IMG/VR virus record: IMGVR_UViG_3300042691_036629
Location: 117,500 to 171,766 of that record
DNA from: a virus
Taxonomy: Duplodnaviria; Heunggongvirae; Uroviricota; Caudoviricetes
DNA length: 54,267 nt
Reading direction: 5' to 3' (one strand)
Part shown: one piece after another, positions 17,469-26,961 of the stretch
Layout of the letters: the number at the start of each line of letters is the position of its first letter
How positions within the stretch are numbered: the first letter of the stretch is position 1
Translations under genes and position numbers: made by a program
The notes under the pieces: generated by a model
Databases searched by the model: none
The model's input: the letters and a program-made list of their open reading frames with translations, nothing else
Told to the model about the DNA's origin: nothing

Positions 17469-18023
17469 ATGAAAAAGATTAAGAGTTGGAAGTTATTCAA
17501 CGAGTCAGTTGAAGAAAGTTTAGAGGATGTAAAATGGTTTTTAGTTGATTATGATAATATAGTTCCTTATGATTATTATCCTAACTCAACTAATTTACTT
17601 GTGTATCGTATATCTGGTTATGGATTTTCAAAAGCTGATTTTGAAAGAATTGAAAGACTAGCTAATGAAGAAGATTGGAATGTTATAAATAAGAAAGAGT
17701 TTCTTATTTTCTATAAAGGGAGTAGAGAAGAAGCTGTTTTAAATTGGTTAGATGAGAATTATAATAATCTTAAAATTAAAGTTATATCAAAAGGTGAAGA
17801 CCACTACTATAAGGAAAATGAGTATGTAATTTCATTTACAGTTAATAAAACTTTTAATCCGAATTATGAATTACTTTATAACAATATATTTATGGAAAGT
17901 GATATATCTTATGTACCACATGTTTTTATAGATGATGCTAACTTATTAGACGATATTTTAAAAAAGTGGTTAGAAAGGACTTATAATATTACTAAAATAA
18001 CTAACATTTATTATGAGGATTAA
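17469..18023 (+). CDS. N-tag hypothetical protein
   Basis: MKKIKSWKLFNESVE; TAATATATA at 17430-17438. Confidence 0.8.
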   Translation: MKKIKSWKLFNESVEESLEDVKWFLVDYDNIVPYDYYPNSTNLLVYRISGYGFSKADFERIERLANEEDWNVINKKEFLIFYKGSREEAVLNWLDENYNNLKIKVISKGEDHYYKENEYVISFTVNKTFNPNYELLYNNIFMESDISYVPHVFIDDANLLDDILKKWLERTYNITKITNIYYED

Positions 18024-18468
18024 AAATTGGAAATTATTCAACGAGTCAGTTGAATCGAGTATGGAAGATAAGTTTATGAAACATGAAATACTAAACAATA
18101 TAGAAGTTATTAAAACATATGGTCGTCAAAAAAATAATAAATCAATAGATTTAAAATTTATTTATAATGATGATATTATTTGGGAGTTTAAGATTGAGGG
18201 AAACGAATATTTTGATGAGGTTATGGAGACAGGTGAAGGTATTTATAGGATAATATCGTATAAACTCATTGATAAGTATAGGGGTAAAAACTTGGGGTTT
18301 GATTTATTTAAAAAAAGTATTAATATTGTTTTCAATGAGGATGATATAAAAAAAATCTACTCATATAATAATGAGCGAAATAGAAACTCAAATAGATTAT
18401 GGAATAAACTTTCTGAAAATGGCTATATTGTAAATAAAGATGAAAATTTCTACTCTGTTGAACGTTGA
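18013..18468 (+). CDS. N-tag protein, GNAT-like acetyltransferase fold
   Basis: MRIKNWKLFNESVE; LIDKYRGKNLG (cf. GNAT motif A RxxGxG) and downstream SNRLWNKL. Confidence 0.7.
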   Translation: MRIKNWKLFNESVESSMEDKFMKHEILNNIEVIKTYGRQKNNKSIDLKFIYNDDIIWEFKIEGNEYFDEVMETGEGIYRIISYKLIDKYRGKNLGFDLFKKSINIVFNEDDIKKIYSYNNERNRNSNRLWNKLSENGYIVNKDENFYSVER

Positions 18469-18487
18469 TAAAAAAATATATTGTAAC

Positions 18488-19156
18488 ATGAGGATTAAAA
18501 ATTGGAAATTATTCAACGAGTCACTTGATATGATAGAAGGTGAGTTGGAAGATATTGTTATTCACTTCTGTGAAGATGGTAATACTACTTTTGAATTGGT
18601 TGAAGTTTTTTGTGATGGTGGTATTTATATTTGGAAGGTTGATGATACTAGACAAATAAGAAGTAAAAATGATTACTGGGACTTTTATGAATCTCATAGG
18701 AGAATGGCTTTAGAGGTTGGTTATCATTTTCATTTATCTGGAGTATTGAGTGATTTAATAATATTCTCTAAGTTTGGTGATTTAAAAAACACTCTAATAG
18801 AATTATTAGATTGGATTAGTAGTTTAGAATTGGTTAGTAAAGAAAAACCATTTAATAATAGATATGTTGTTGGTAAGAAAATTTTTAATTATTATTTGTA
18901 TAAGGACAAGAAGTTAGTAGAGTGGAATAAATATGTTAATTCGGATGGTTTAGAGTCATTAGATCCACGTAGAGCAAGTTTTTCAAATGGTGAGATTGGT
19001 AGTCATTATAAATCTACTGTTTATCTAGAAAATATAGTTTGTAACATTTTTTTATGTGTTGATTCAAAAATTAAATTTGATATACTTAAATCATGGTTAA
19101 TTGAAATAGATCCTTTATTTAAAAAGTTTGAACTTAATGTTGGTGAATTAAAATAA
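18488..19156 (+). CDS. N-tag hypothetical protein (start re-called at ATG 18488)
   Basis: MRIKNWKLFNESLD; first 36 nt identical to those of 18013. Confidence 0.8.
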   Translation: MRIKNWKLFNESLDMIEGELEDIVIHFCEDGNTTFELVEVFCDGGIYIWKVDDTRQIRSKNDYWDFYESHRRMALEVGYHFHLSGVLSDLIIFSKFGDLKNTLIELLDWISSLELVSKEKPFNNRYVVGKKIFNYYLYKDKKLVEWNKYVNSDGLESLDPRRASFSNGEIGSHYKSTVYLENIVCNIFLCVDSKIKFDILKSWLIEIDPLFKKFELNVGELK

Positions 19157-19174
19157 AAACTCATTCGATTTATT

Positions 19175-19333
19175 TTACTTATTTAAAAGGTTATCAATTC
19201 TTAAATCTCTATCTTCTGCTAATATCTCTTCTTTAGATTTCTCTGGAATGAAATTTATTTTAAGATCTATTAATTGATTATCTTCTCTTTGTGTCCAAGT
19301 TATACTCTCGACACTAACTAAGTTTATACCCAT
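19175..19333 (-). CDS. C-tag small protein (not in ORF track)
   Basis: MGINLVSVES...; ends RDLRIDNLLNK. Confidence 0.65.
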   Translation of the reverse strand: MGINLVSVESITWTQREDNQLIDLKINFIPEKSKEEILAEDRDLRIDNLLNK

Positions 19334-19380
19334 ATAGTTTGGGATAACCGATAAAGGAAGAGGTGAAATATGTTTTGGTT

Positions 19381-19676
19381 TTAAGTTATTCCTAATTCTT
19401 TTATTCGATTATTTCTTAATAGAGGAAGTATCCATTTATCATAAGTGTATGATTCTTCATCTATAAAATAATTCATGGTTAGTTTATAAAGTTCATCTTT
19501 TATATCTTCAAAGAATGGTAATGCTTCAACTAACTCACCATCTTTTGAGATTGTTATTTTGAAAAAACATCACCAGTTCTAATGTTATATAATAGAAATT
19601 CCTTTCCGGTACTAAATTCTCTTTTTTCTTTTGAAAAGAATTTCAGTTCAAATCCTCTGTTATCTTTATATCTCAT
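19381..19676 (-). pseudogene. C-tag protein with 1-nt frameshift in a homopolymer
   Basis: MRYKDNRGFE...TGDVF; one extra base in the run at 19562-19567 restores the frame to ...RNNRIKELGIT*. Confidence 0.65.
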
Positions 19677-19677
19677 A

Positions 19678-20052
19678 TTAAATTCCACATGGTACTCTTT
19701 TTCCATTATCGGATCTAAGTACAAAACTTATATCAATTTTAGCTTCTCCTTCTTTTAGTTTAAGTGATTTAACACCGGTTGTTTTACCAGATTTTATTTC
19801 AACTATATTTAACTTTGATATAGTATCAACTTTAACTTCATAAAAAACAATTATGTCTTTATTATATCCATTTAATATTTCAGTTTCCCATTTCCCATTA
19901 TCCGTTGGATATAATCTATACTCAATTGAATAGCAATCATCTCTATACCATTGGTCTTTAGGATCTTTTTTATCGGTTGCTAGTTCATATAAAGCAACAA
20001 AAACCGCTATAACTAAAGTTAATTTTATTAAATATCTTAAAGTTCTAAACAT
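19678..20052 (-). CDS. Putative exported or membrane-anchored protein
   Basis: Basic N-terminus plus hydrophobic stretch LTLVIAVFVALY. Confidence 0.7.
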   Translation of the reverse strand: MFRTLRYLIKLTLVIAVFVALYELATDKKDPKDQWYRDDCYSIEYRLYPTDNGKWETEILNGYNKDIIVFYEVKVDTISKLNIVEIKSGKTTGVKSLKLKEGEAKIDISFVLRSDNGKRVPCGI

Positions 20053-20086
20053 ATTATTTTTTTTATTTTTTATACTAAAAATTAGA

Positions 20087-20341
20087 TTATTTGTTTATAC
20101 CTAATTTTCTAAGTTTAAGATCTCTTTGAAGTGCCAACCAATCAGATTCGTAAACAAATAATGACATATCACATATCATATGACCATAATCATTTTTAAC
20201 TGACCAAAAAAGACTGCTGTAAGATAAGGTATATTTTTTACCTTTTGTTAATCTACAATTATTAGTTATAGATATAACAACTTCACCATCAACTGGCTTA
20301 CGTTCACTTCGTTCATTTACGGATTTTAGACCCCATTTCAT
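20087..20341 (-). CDS. C-tag protein, KxIC-family-like
   Basis: LTKGKKY...NDYG; ends RDLKLRKLGINK. Confidence 0.8.
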   Translation of the reverse strand: MKWGLKSVNERSERKPVDGEVVISITNNCRLTKGKKYTLSYSSLFWSVKNDYGHMICDMSLFVYESDWLALQRDLKLRKLGINK

Positions 20342-20358
20342 ATTATCAATCTTTTATC

Positions 20359-20511
20359 TTAGTGGGCAATAGTTTTTAAATAGACCCAGAATAATCCTAA
20401 GAATTTACCTTGTATAACAGTAGCAACTAATGGTGCTGACCCTTCACCGTTTGAATCCATGGTCATGTCACCATAGATATTCACTCTTCTTAATTTTGTA
20501 AATAGTTTCAT
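20359..20511 (-). CDS. 50-aa hypothetical protein (not in ORF track)
   Basis: MKLFTKLRRVNIYG...; fills the gap and is coupled to the upstream gene. Confidence 0.5.
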   Translation of the reverse strand: MKLFTKLRRVNIYGDMTMDSNGEGSAPLVATVIQGKFLGLFWVYLKTIAH

Positions 20512-20738
20512 TTGTTTATAATTTGGTTAATTTTAACATCGCGATTATCACTCTTAATAGAAGATATTAATTTATTGATTTCATATCGGTGGATACTTGA
20601 ACTCAATAAGACTCCATTATTAAAAAGGATATGTATAGCGGGTTCTGAGTTACCTTCACTCAAAACTTGTATAGATTTGATATCATACTTTTTTAGTATT
20701 TCCTCACTAAGATTTAATTGTTTTATTTCTTCTAACAT
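20508..20738 (-). CDS. C-tag hypothetical protein
   Basis: Ends RDVKINQIINK. Confidence 0.75.
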   Translation of the reverse strand: MLEEIKQLNLSEEILKKYDIKSIQVLSEGNSEPAIHILFNNGVLLSSSIHRYEINKLISSIKSDNRDVKINQIINK

Positions 20739-20748
20739 ATTATTTATT

Positions 20749-21132
20749 TTAATTTGGATCTGTTACTAAACACCAATGTTTAACTTTCATTAAACCATCT
20801 TTTACTAATTCTTTTATCTCTTGTGATGTGTGTATATCCCAGATATATTCTTTACCATCACTATTTATTTCAATCTTTAGTAATCTAGCAAAAAAGTAAT
20901 TACCCATTCTATGATCAACACAAACAAGTAGTTTTGTATTAAATGGTGGATCAATTTCATCACCAATTGAAATCCATTTCATATCTGATTTACTTTTGAG
21001 TTCTTTTAATTGTTTCTTCCACATTACCAAACTATCACTTAATAGTGGGTTACCATTTTCTTCAGCATATTTGATAACATCAATAAGATTTTTTATTCTC
21101 TCACTATCATCTATTAGATTATCACAATTCAT
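20749..21132 (-). CDS. Hypothetical protein with DUF551-like C-terminal part
   Basis: MKWISI..PP.NTKLLV...VKHW. Confidence 0.6.
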   Translation of the reverse strand: MNCDNLIDDSERIKNLIDVIKYAEENGNPLLSDSLVMWKKQLKELKSKSDMKWISIGDEIDPPFNTKLLVCVDHRMGNYFFARLLKIEINSDGKEYIWDIHTSQEIKELVKDGLMKVKHWCLVTDPN

Positions 21133-21152
21133 ATTGTAAATATAATAAAAAT

Positions 21153-21410
21153 TTATAAAATTTCATTGAGTTTTATATCTCTTAATTCACTTTTCGTGTA
21201 GAAGTATTTACCATAATATAATTCATGATCTTCTTCTAAGTAAAATCCAAAAGATCTACTATCAGTTATTCTAACCCATATTCTACTCGAACTTTTTGGA
21301 ATTGGAACAGAGTCTTCCTCGACTATTTGGTATTTATTACCTAATAACATCTCAAATTCAACTCCATACTTTATTAAAGGAACACCTTTAGATATTAGAA
21401 ATTCATCCAT
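21153..21410 (-). CDS. C-tag hypothetical protein
   Basis: GNKYQI; ends RDIKLNEIL. Confidence 0.75.
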   Translation of the reverse strand: MDEFLISKGVPLIKYGVEFEMLLGNKYQIVEEDSVPIPKSSSRIWVRITDSRSFGFYLEEDHELYYGKYFYTKSELRDIKLNEIL

Positions 21411-21912
21411 TACTATTCATCATTAGTTCTATTCTTGATATTAAAGACGCGAAAGCATACTCATAATCATCAAAAAGTGGTACTGAAAATCTCGAACAAA
21501 CAATCTCAACATTTCCTCTACGATAAAACTTTTTAGGAGCACAAGCAATTATTTTACCACTTGAGGCGAAGTGGCCAAGTTCAAGAAGTGAAATAGGAGA
21601 CATAGTATCCTCAACAAAGTTTAAGAAAATAATATCTGACTCTTCGAGTTTATTTAACTCCCAGTTTACTTGGTATCTAAACTCAGGATTCTTTTCGCTT
21701 TGTTCCCAACTTGAATCCCAAGAGTCTCTTCTGGGGTTATAGATTGTAATATTACCTGGTGTAAAAGAAAACTCATTTATTCTATTTGTAATATCTGTCT
21801 GCCAATCAACAGCTTTACCCATTTCAATAGATCCTGCTAAGAATATCTTAATGCTATTCTCAGTAGAGAACTTTGTTTTATTATCTGGTTTTATAACTTC
21901 AATTTGTGCCAT
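21403..21912 (-). CDS. Nucleoside 2-deoxyribosyltransferase-like protein
   Basis: IFLAGSI...DWQ...IYNPRR...QVNWEL...SPISLLELG. Confidence 0.85.
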   Translation of the reverse strand: MAQIEVIKPDNKTKFSTENSIKIFLAGSIEMGKAVDWQTDITNRINEFSFTPGNITIYNPRRDSWDSSWEQSEKNPEFRYQVNWELNKLEESDIIFLNFVEDTMSPISLLELGHFASSGKIIACAPKKFYRRGNVEIVCSRFSVPLFDDYEYAFASLISRIELMMNSNG

Positions 21913-22310
21913 TATCTTAAAAATTTATTTATTACATCGTTTATATCATCTGTTGTGACTTTTTCTAAAAGAAGATTTGTAAATCTATTGTCTATTATAT
22001 TTAAATTAATAAAATCAATAATATCTCTTCGATCACCGGTTAAAGCTAATAATCTTGCTTCTCTAATACTTCCTCTATCAATAATTGTAATTTTGAAATC
22101 ATTAGACTCCATATCCTTTTTCAACTCTTCGATAGATTCAATATTAGGAAAATCAACTTCTGTAAAATCATAACTAATCTCATAGTTTTCCATTAAAGAC
22201 TCGGTTAAATTTTTAGCCTCCCGTAAAGTAATTGGTAAGTATTCTTTTATTATCTTAACAAACTGTAATTTACGATCTATTTTATCTTCTAATCTTATTC
22301 TAACTTTCAT
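21912..22310 (-). CDS. Protein with ribosomal bL12 C-terminal-like N-domain
   Basis: KLQFVKIIKEYLPITLREAKNLTE (cf. KIxVIKxVRxxxxLGLKEAKxLVE); internal REARLLALTG. Confidence 0.65.
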   Translation of the reverse strand: MKVRIRLEDKIDRKLQFVKIIKEYLPITLREAKNLTESLMENYEISYDFTEVDFPNIESIEELKKDMESNDFKITIIDRGSIREARLLALTGDRRDIIDFINLNIIDNRFTNLLLEKVTTDDINDVINKFLR

Positions 22311-22647
22311 TTAACAAGTCATTTAATTTAATATCTCTATTTTTTACTATATAATTATCATATTCAAGTCTTATTGTTCTGAGATAATTTATATTATTAA
22401 GTATTAAATTGTGAATAAATGGTGTAGCGAATCCATCTCTTAAAAAGATGAAGAAGTCTTCTATTTGAAGAAAAGTTAAATCATTAATTTCAATGAATTC
22501 AGCTTCATCATCAAATATTACAAAGTTGTAATACTCTTCACATTTAATTATGAAATTGATAAAGTCATAAACATCATCTATTTCAGACAACTTTGAATCT
22601 AAATCTAAATCATATTCAAATAACTCACTTTCTAATATAGACTTCAT
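22300..22647 (-). CDS. C-tag hypothetical protein
   Basis: Ends RDIKLNDLLNES. Confidence 0.75.
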   Translation of the reverse strand: MKSILESELFEYDLDLDSKLSEIDDVYDFINFIIKCEEYYNFVIFDDEAEFIEINDLTFLQIEDFFIFLRDGFATPFIHNLILNNINYLRTIRLEYDNYIVKNRDIKLNDLLNES

Positions 22648-22649
22648 TG

Positions 22650-23666
22650 TTAATCATATTCTTCGATATATGATTTGTTTATTCTACTAAATTCGTCTAA
22701 TAAAATTTGATGTTGTTCAAACTCACCACATTGAGGTGTTAAATATAAAACGTGTGGATAAAATCGACCAGACATTGGTATCAAATTATATCGAACATTC
22801 ATTAAGTGAACAATAGAATCTCCAAATACTTCCATATTATCAAAGTATTGAACTGATATTGGTTTCTTAACCTCTTCAATTTCATATTCTTTACCGTGTT
22901 TTCTCCACAATTTACTCAATCTATCATGTAGTGAGTTATCCTTATTATCAAATAACCTACCCAAATTTTTCTTGTATAATTCAGGTGATTGTAACCTCCA
23001 TAGTTCATTAGAAGTTTTCTCTTTTAAGAAATTAAATTCTTCCGAAACTTCTATATACGATTCTAAACAATATGAATCATTTCCAGCTACACGATAAACA
23101 AATTGTCCATTATGAGATAATAGAGAGCTTCCATCTGAATAGAAAATAACACCATCTTTTTGGTATTTGAATTTATATCTTTTTTGATCATAGTTTTCAA
23201 TAATTCCTTCAATCGGTTCAAATCCTAATAGAGATAACATTTCTGGTCTACCAAGATCATGTTTACCAATCTCCCATTGGTCATGACACTTAGACATAAC
23301 ATCATAAACTTTCTTATCGACCCACATGAAACGCCAGTTCTCTACCTCATCATACTTATCATTTTCATCTAATTTAGTGATGATTTTATTTACCTCTCTT
23401 CTGTTATAAGTAAACTTACCATCAACTAAGAATTTAATAAAATCAGCAATGGTGATACCTAAGTGACTTTCTATTAGTTTTGTATTATCATCTTCGATGA
23501 TATCTTCCATACCACCATAATCGTTATAACGACCGAATATGGGTAATGTACAAGGTACATAACCGCCATACTCACTTGTTGATTCTTTTAAAGGTATGAT
23601 AGCACATTCATGAACACTCGTTATTGCGATGTTGCTTATTCCACAACTTACTGACCAACTTCCCAT
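22650..23666 (-). CDS. Conserved-looking phage hypothetical protein
   Basis: 338 aa; MGSWSVSCGISNIAI...LPIFGRYNDYG. Confidence 0.8.
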   Translation of the reverse strand: MGSWSVSCGISNIAITSVHECAIIPLKESTSEYGGYVPCTLPIFGRYNDYGGMEDIIEDDNTKLIESHLGITIADFIKFLVDGKFTYNRREVNKIITKLDENDKYDEVENWRFMWVDKKVYDVMSKCHDQWEIGKHDLGRPEMLSLLGFEPIEGIIENYDQKRYKFKYQKDGVIFYSDGSSLLSHNGQFVYRVAGNDSYCLESYIEVSEEFNFLKEKTSNELWRLQSPELYKKNLGRLFDNKDNSLHDRLSKLWRKHGKEYEIEEVKKPISVQYFDNMEVFGDSIVHLMNVRYNLIPMSGRFYPHVLYLTPQCGEFEQHQILLDEFSRINKSYIEEYD

Positions 23667-23691
23667 ATTTTATTTTTTACAAATATAAAAA

Positions 23692-23916
23692 TTATAAACC
23701 AATATCAGACAATTTCTTTTCTCTAAGTTCTGATTTATCACCAAATCTATCTTTATGTATTGAAATAAATTTATTGTTATCATCTCTTAAAAAATAGAAA
23801 TTACTAAATGTGATGTCATCATCAAGATAGTTTGGTTCTATATCATATTCTTTATATAAGGTTAAACTAATCCCCATATCTGATAAATTATCAGTATTTA
23901 TACATATCAATTTCAT
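23692..23916 (-). CDS. C-tag protein, KxIC family
   Basis: MKLICIN...LTLYKEY...DDN; ends REKKLSDIGL. Confidence 0.8.
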   Translation of the reverse strand: MKLICINTDNLSDMGISLTLYKEYDIEPNYLDDDITFSNFYFLRDDNNKFISIHKDRFGDKSELREKKLSDIGL

Positions 23917-24113
23917 ATTCCTAATTTTTCTAATTGTGAGTTTCTAATATCTGCTATCCATTCAACTTCCGCTATCTTATAAGCCACTCCGTTCATTGCG
24001 TAAAAAGAAGCTCCTTCGCCTATGTGAACTATTACATGATCAACATAACCATAATACCAATCGTCACTATATTTAGACTTAAATCTAAATTTCATTCCTC
24101 TTTCTATTTTCAT
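23913..24113 (-). CDS. C-tag hypothetical protein
   Basis: Ends RNSQLEKLGI. Confidence 0.75.
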   Translation of the reverse strand: MKIERGMKFRFKSKYSDDWYYGYVDHVIVHIGEGASFYAMNGVAYKIAEVEWIADIRNSQLEKLGI

Positions 24114-24577
24114 TTTAATAGTTCATTTAGTTTATTGTCTCTTCTTTCTGATTTATAATCAAAGTAATCATCTACTCTATGAACAGAGAGTGTGAAATAT
24201 GGTTTTTCATTTTTACCCATATCAGCTCCCAATTGATAGAGTTCATCATCAGATAATGTTAAAAAGTAGTGAACTGTATCTCTATCATCTGATTTAATCA
24301 TTAAATGTGGTAGTGATAAAGTCTTCTCACATTCTTTTTTTATTTTCTCTAAAACTTTATTCTTACTAACCAACCAAGTAGAGTCAATATCTTTATTTTT
24401 CAACTTCATTATTTCAAATCCATTTTGAACTATTTCACTGAGTGAATTATTCCAAACTTTAAAGTTGGTTACAAAGGTAACTTCTTTCTCATAGATTGTA
24501 TAGTCATAATATTTACCATATTCGAATATAACACCCCAGTGAGCTGCCATTGATTTAGTACAAAGTAATTTACTCAT
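24110..24577 (-). CDS. C-tag protein, KxIC-family-like with insertion
   Basis: KLLCTK...FEYGKYY; ends RDNKLNELLK. Confidence 0.75.
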   Translation of the reverse strand: MSKLLCTKSMAAHWGVIFEYGKYYDYTIYEKEVTFVTNFKVWNNSLSEIVQNGFEIMKLKNKDIDSTWLVSKNKVLEKIKKECEKTLSLPHLMIKSDDRDTVHYFLTLSDDELYQLGADMGKNEKPYFTLSVHRVDDYFDYKSERRDNKLNELLK

Positions 24578-24600
24578 TAAATAAAAAGATTATTATCTCA

Positions 24601-24631
24601 CAAAGATAAACAAAAAAATTATTTATCCAAA
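24601..24631 (-). promoter_or_regulatory. Bacteroidota sigma-A-type promoter
   Basis: TTTG-N19-TATCTTTG. Confidence 0.75.
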
Positions 24632-25525
24632 TAATTCTATTAACTCTTCTTTTGTCTTATCTTTTAATAAGTCATGTTTTATCATAAGACAATCATCTTC
24701 AAACCAACATTCATTACTCTCCTTTGAGAAAATTTCGGGTAAATCTTTTAGATATTTAATACTAAAATCATTTAGAGTTGGATCTAAAACTTTATTTAAG
24801 TTTTCCAACAAAGTTAAGTTTTTATTATAATCAGGGAAATAGATTGTCTTTGGTTCAGATCCATCTATTGATACTCTTTCTTTTCCATATTTTTTTTTAC
24901 TAAACTCATCATACTTTTGATCTAAATATGGTTTTAACTCTTCCCAATTTGTATCACTTATTTTATGACCAGCTTTAGCTTCAACTACATCAATTATACC
25001 TCTGAACCAATTAACAAGTAATCCAGGTGAATCATAATCAAATTTTGGATTTCCAGAAGCCACTTTAAAAATTGTTAATCTTTTAAAGGCATACCACATA
25101 TCCATACTTGGACAAACTCCTATTTTTGTTGTATCATAAGGTATTACTAAGTAAATAACTTTACCATGTGACATTTTTACTCTTGAAAGTCTTGAAGTAC
25201 AAATTGATTTATTTCTTCTTGGATATTCTTTCCAAGAATCTATATTTGATAAAATAAGATTATGATAATTACCTACTGGTGAATGAGGTGCTATTCTTTC
25301 ATGAGATGCGGAAACTGGTTTTGAATAAACTATATTTCCTATATCATTAGTTTTTCTGAAAAGTAATTGATCGCTATTAATATCATAATCTAAACTTTTT
25401 AATATAGTCAAGAAATCTCTACAATTCTCAATTAAAAGTGATTTAAATTCCTCAATTGTTATTTCTCTAACTGGTAGAACTCCATCTGATGGTCTAAACT
25501 CTTCATAATATTTAATATATCTCAT
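24623..25525 (-). CDS. N-tag protein, 300 aa, function unknown
   Basis: MRYIKYYEEF; TAATATATA 4 nt before ATG. Confidence 0.8.
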   Translation of the reverse strand: MRYIKYYEEFRPSDGVLPVREITIEEFKSLLIENCRDFLTILKSLDYDINSDQLLFRKTNDIGNIVYSKPVSASHERIAPHSPVGNYHNLILSNIDSWKEYPRRNKSICTSRLSRVKMSHGKVIYLVIPYDTTKIGVCPSMDMWYAFKRLTIFKVASGNPKFDYDSPGLLVNWFRGIIDVVEAKAGHKISDTNWEELKPYLDQKYDEFSKKKYGKERVSIDGSEPKTIYFPDYNKNLTLLENLNKVLDPTLNDFSIKYLKDLPEIFSKESNECWFEDDCLMIKHDLLKDKTKEELIELFG

Positions 25526-25554
25526 ACTTTATATATTAAATATTATTATTTATT

Positions 25555-26163
25555 TTAATTATCACCTAATAAATCATTTATTCTACTATCTCTTTTAGAT
25601 GCTTTTGATACGATTCTATCAACATCATCTTTAAATTTATTAAATTTCTCAATGACAGTTTTATCTTTTTGTTGTTGTAAAGAAACATACATAGAGTGAA
25701 TAATATCCATGTATTTATGAAGATCTTTATTATCTTTCCATCTAATGTTATTATCACCAAAGTGAATGTTACTAACCTTAAATTGATCATCTTTTATTTC
25801 CCAACTAATTAAAAAATATATATCTCGGTAATTGGATAATTTTCTCTTTATAATAATACTACCACTAATTCCTTCTTCAATATACCACTTTTGGTAATTA
25901 TAACCAACCTCATAACCACTAAATGATATATCATCAAGAACTTGAATAAGTAGGTTTTTATATTCATCTAATTCGTTGAACCTTTCTGCTACACCATAAG
26001 ATTTCTTTTCTACTTTTGTCTCCTCTTCTTTTTTCTCTTTTTTAAATAATTTATTAAAAAGAGATTTAGTGTTATTAAGATCACAAAAAAGCCAATCCAT
26101 TCCAAATAATACACCAGATGCCATAGAAAGTACTATAAGAGTGCCAATCATAAATTCATACAT
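25555..26163 (-). CDS. C-tag membrane-anchored protein
   Basis: N-terminal TM helix; ends RDSRINDLLGDN. Confidence 0.75.
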   Translation of the reverse strand: MYEFMIGTLIVLSMASGVLFGMDWLFCDLNNTKSLFNKLFKKEKKEEETKVEKKSYGVAERFNELDEYKNLLIQVLDDISFSGYEVGYNYQKWYIEEGISGSIIIKRKLSNYRDIYFLISWEIKDDQFKVSNIHFGDNNIRWKDNKDLHKYMDIIHSMYVSLQQQKDKTVIEKFNKFKDDVDRIVSKASKRDSRINDLLGDN

Positions 26164-26387
26164 TATTTTTCAGTTTGTAATAATAAATCTAAAATAATTG
26201 GCTTCAATTCCTCACATTGTTTAGCCAACCTCGTAACCATTTCCATTATCTCTGGATTATCTTTATATTCATCTTCGGATAGAATACTTGTTAAAGTCCA
26301 AAATGGAGTTAATCTATTTCTAATTTTTGCTTGTGGTGTCTCTGGTACCCAGTTACCATCCTTATCTTTATGTCCAGTTTCTTCCAT
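26163..26387 (-). CDS. Hypothetical protein
   Basis: ORF coupled to neighbours. Confidence 0.65.
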   Translation of the reverse strand: MEETGHKDKDGNWVPETPQAKIRNRLTPFWTLTSILSEDEYKDNPEIMEMVTRLAKQCEELKPIILDLLLQTEK

Positions 26388-26770
26388 TATATTCCTAATC
26401 TAATTAGTTTTTTATCTCTTATTTTCATTTCCATATCATCTATTTGGTGATTAGAACCAGCTATACCAGTACCTTCTAGTGAATATGTTATACTAACATT
26501 GTAGGTTGTAACAAGTTTAGTTTTTAAAACATCACCACCTCCATTAAGATCATATAGATGTTGTTTTTCCATTTTAACATAATGTATCTTAAATAAACCA
26601 TCAAGTTTTAATAGTCCTTCATCTTTTAAAACTGATATAATATCTTCCGCTACCCAAGTAGTGTAAACTGAATATTGTGAACTAAATGGTAAATCTTCAA
26701 ATAATCTAACTTCGATTAGATCATCTGGTGATGTAAATAAATTTCCACTAAACGTATATTCCATATTCAA
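26387..26770 (-). CDS. C-tag hypothetical protein
   Basis: Ends RDKKLIRLGI. Confidence 0.75.
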   Translation of the reverse strand: MNMEYTFSGNLFTSPDDLIEVRLFEDLPFSSQYSVYTTWVAEDIISVLKDEGLLKLDGLFKIHYVKMEKQHLYDLNGGGDVLKTKLVTTYNVSITYSLEGTGIAGSNHQIDDMEMKIRDKKLIRLGI

Positions 26771-26939
26771 TTTTATCTAATATTTGCTTAACCTCATTTA
26801 GTTCTGCTTGAGATCCGAATAACTCAACTGGTTTTCTTCCATTCAAAGCAATTATTGGTGAATTAAGCCAACGTCTAAACTTATCTTTTTCATTGTTAAA
26901 GACACTTAGACCATATTTAAGTATTTCTCTTTTATTCAT
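26748..26939 (-). CDS. Orphan Xre/MbcA/ParS antitoxin C-terminal domain (DUF2384-like)
   Basis: VFNNEKDKFRRWLNSPIIALNGRKPVELF...EVKQILDKIEYG. Confidence 0.8.
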   Translation of the reverse strand: MNKREILKYGLSVFNNEKDKFRRWLNSPIIALNGRKPVELFGSQAELNEVKQILDKIEYGIYV

Positions 26940-26961
26940 AACTATAAAGTTAATAAAATTA

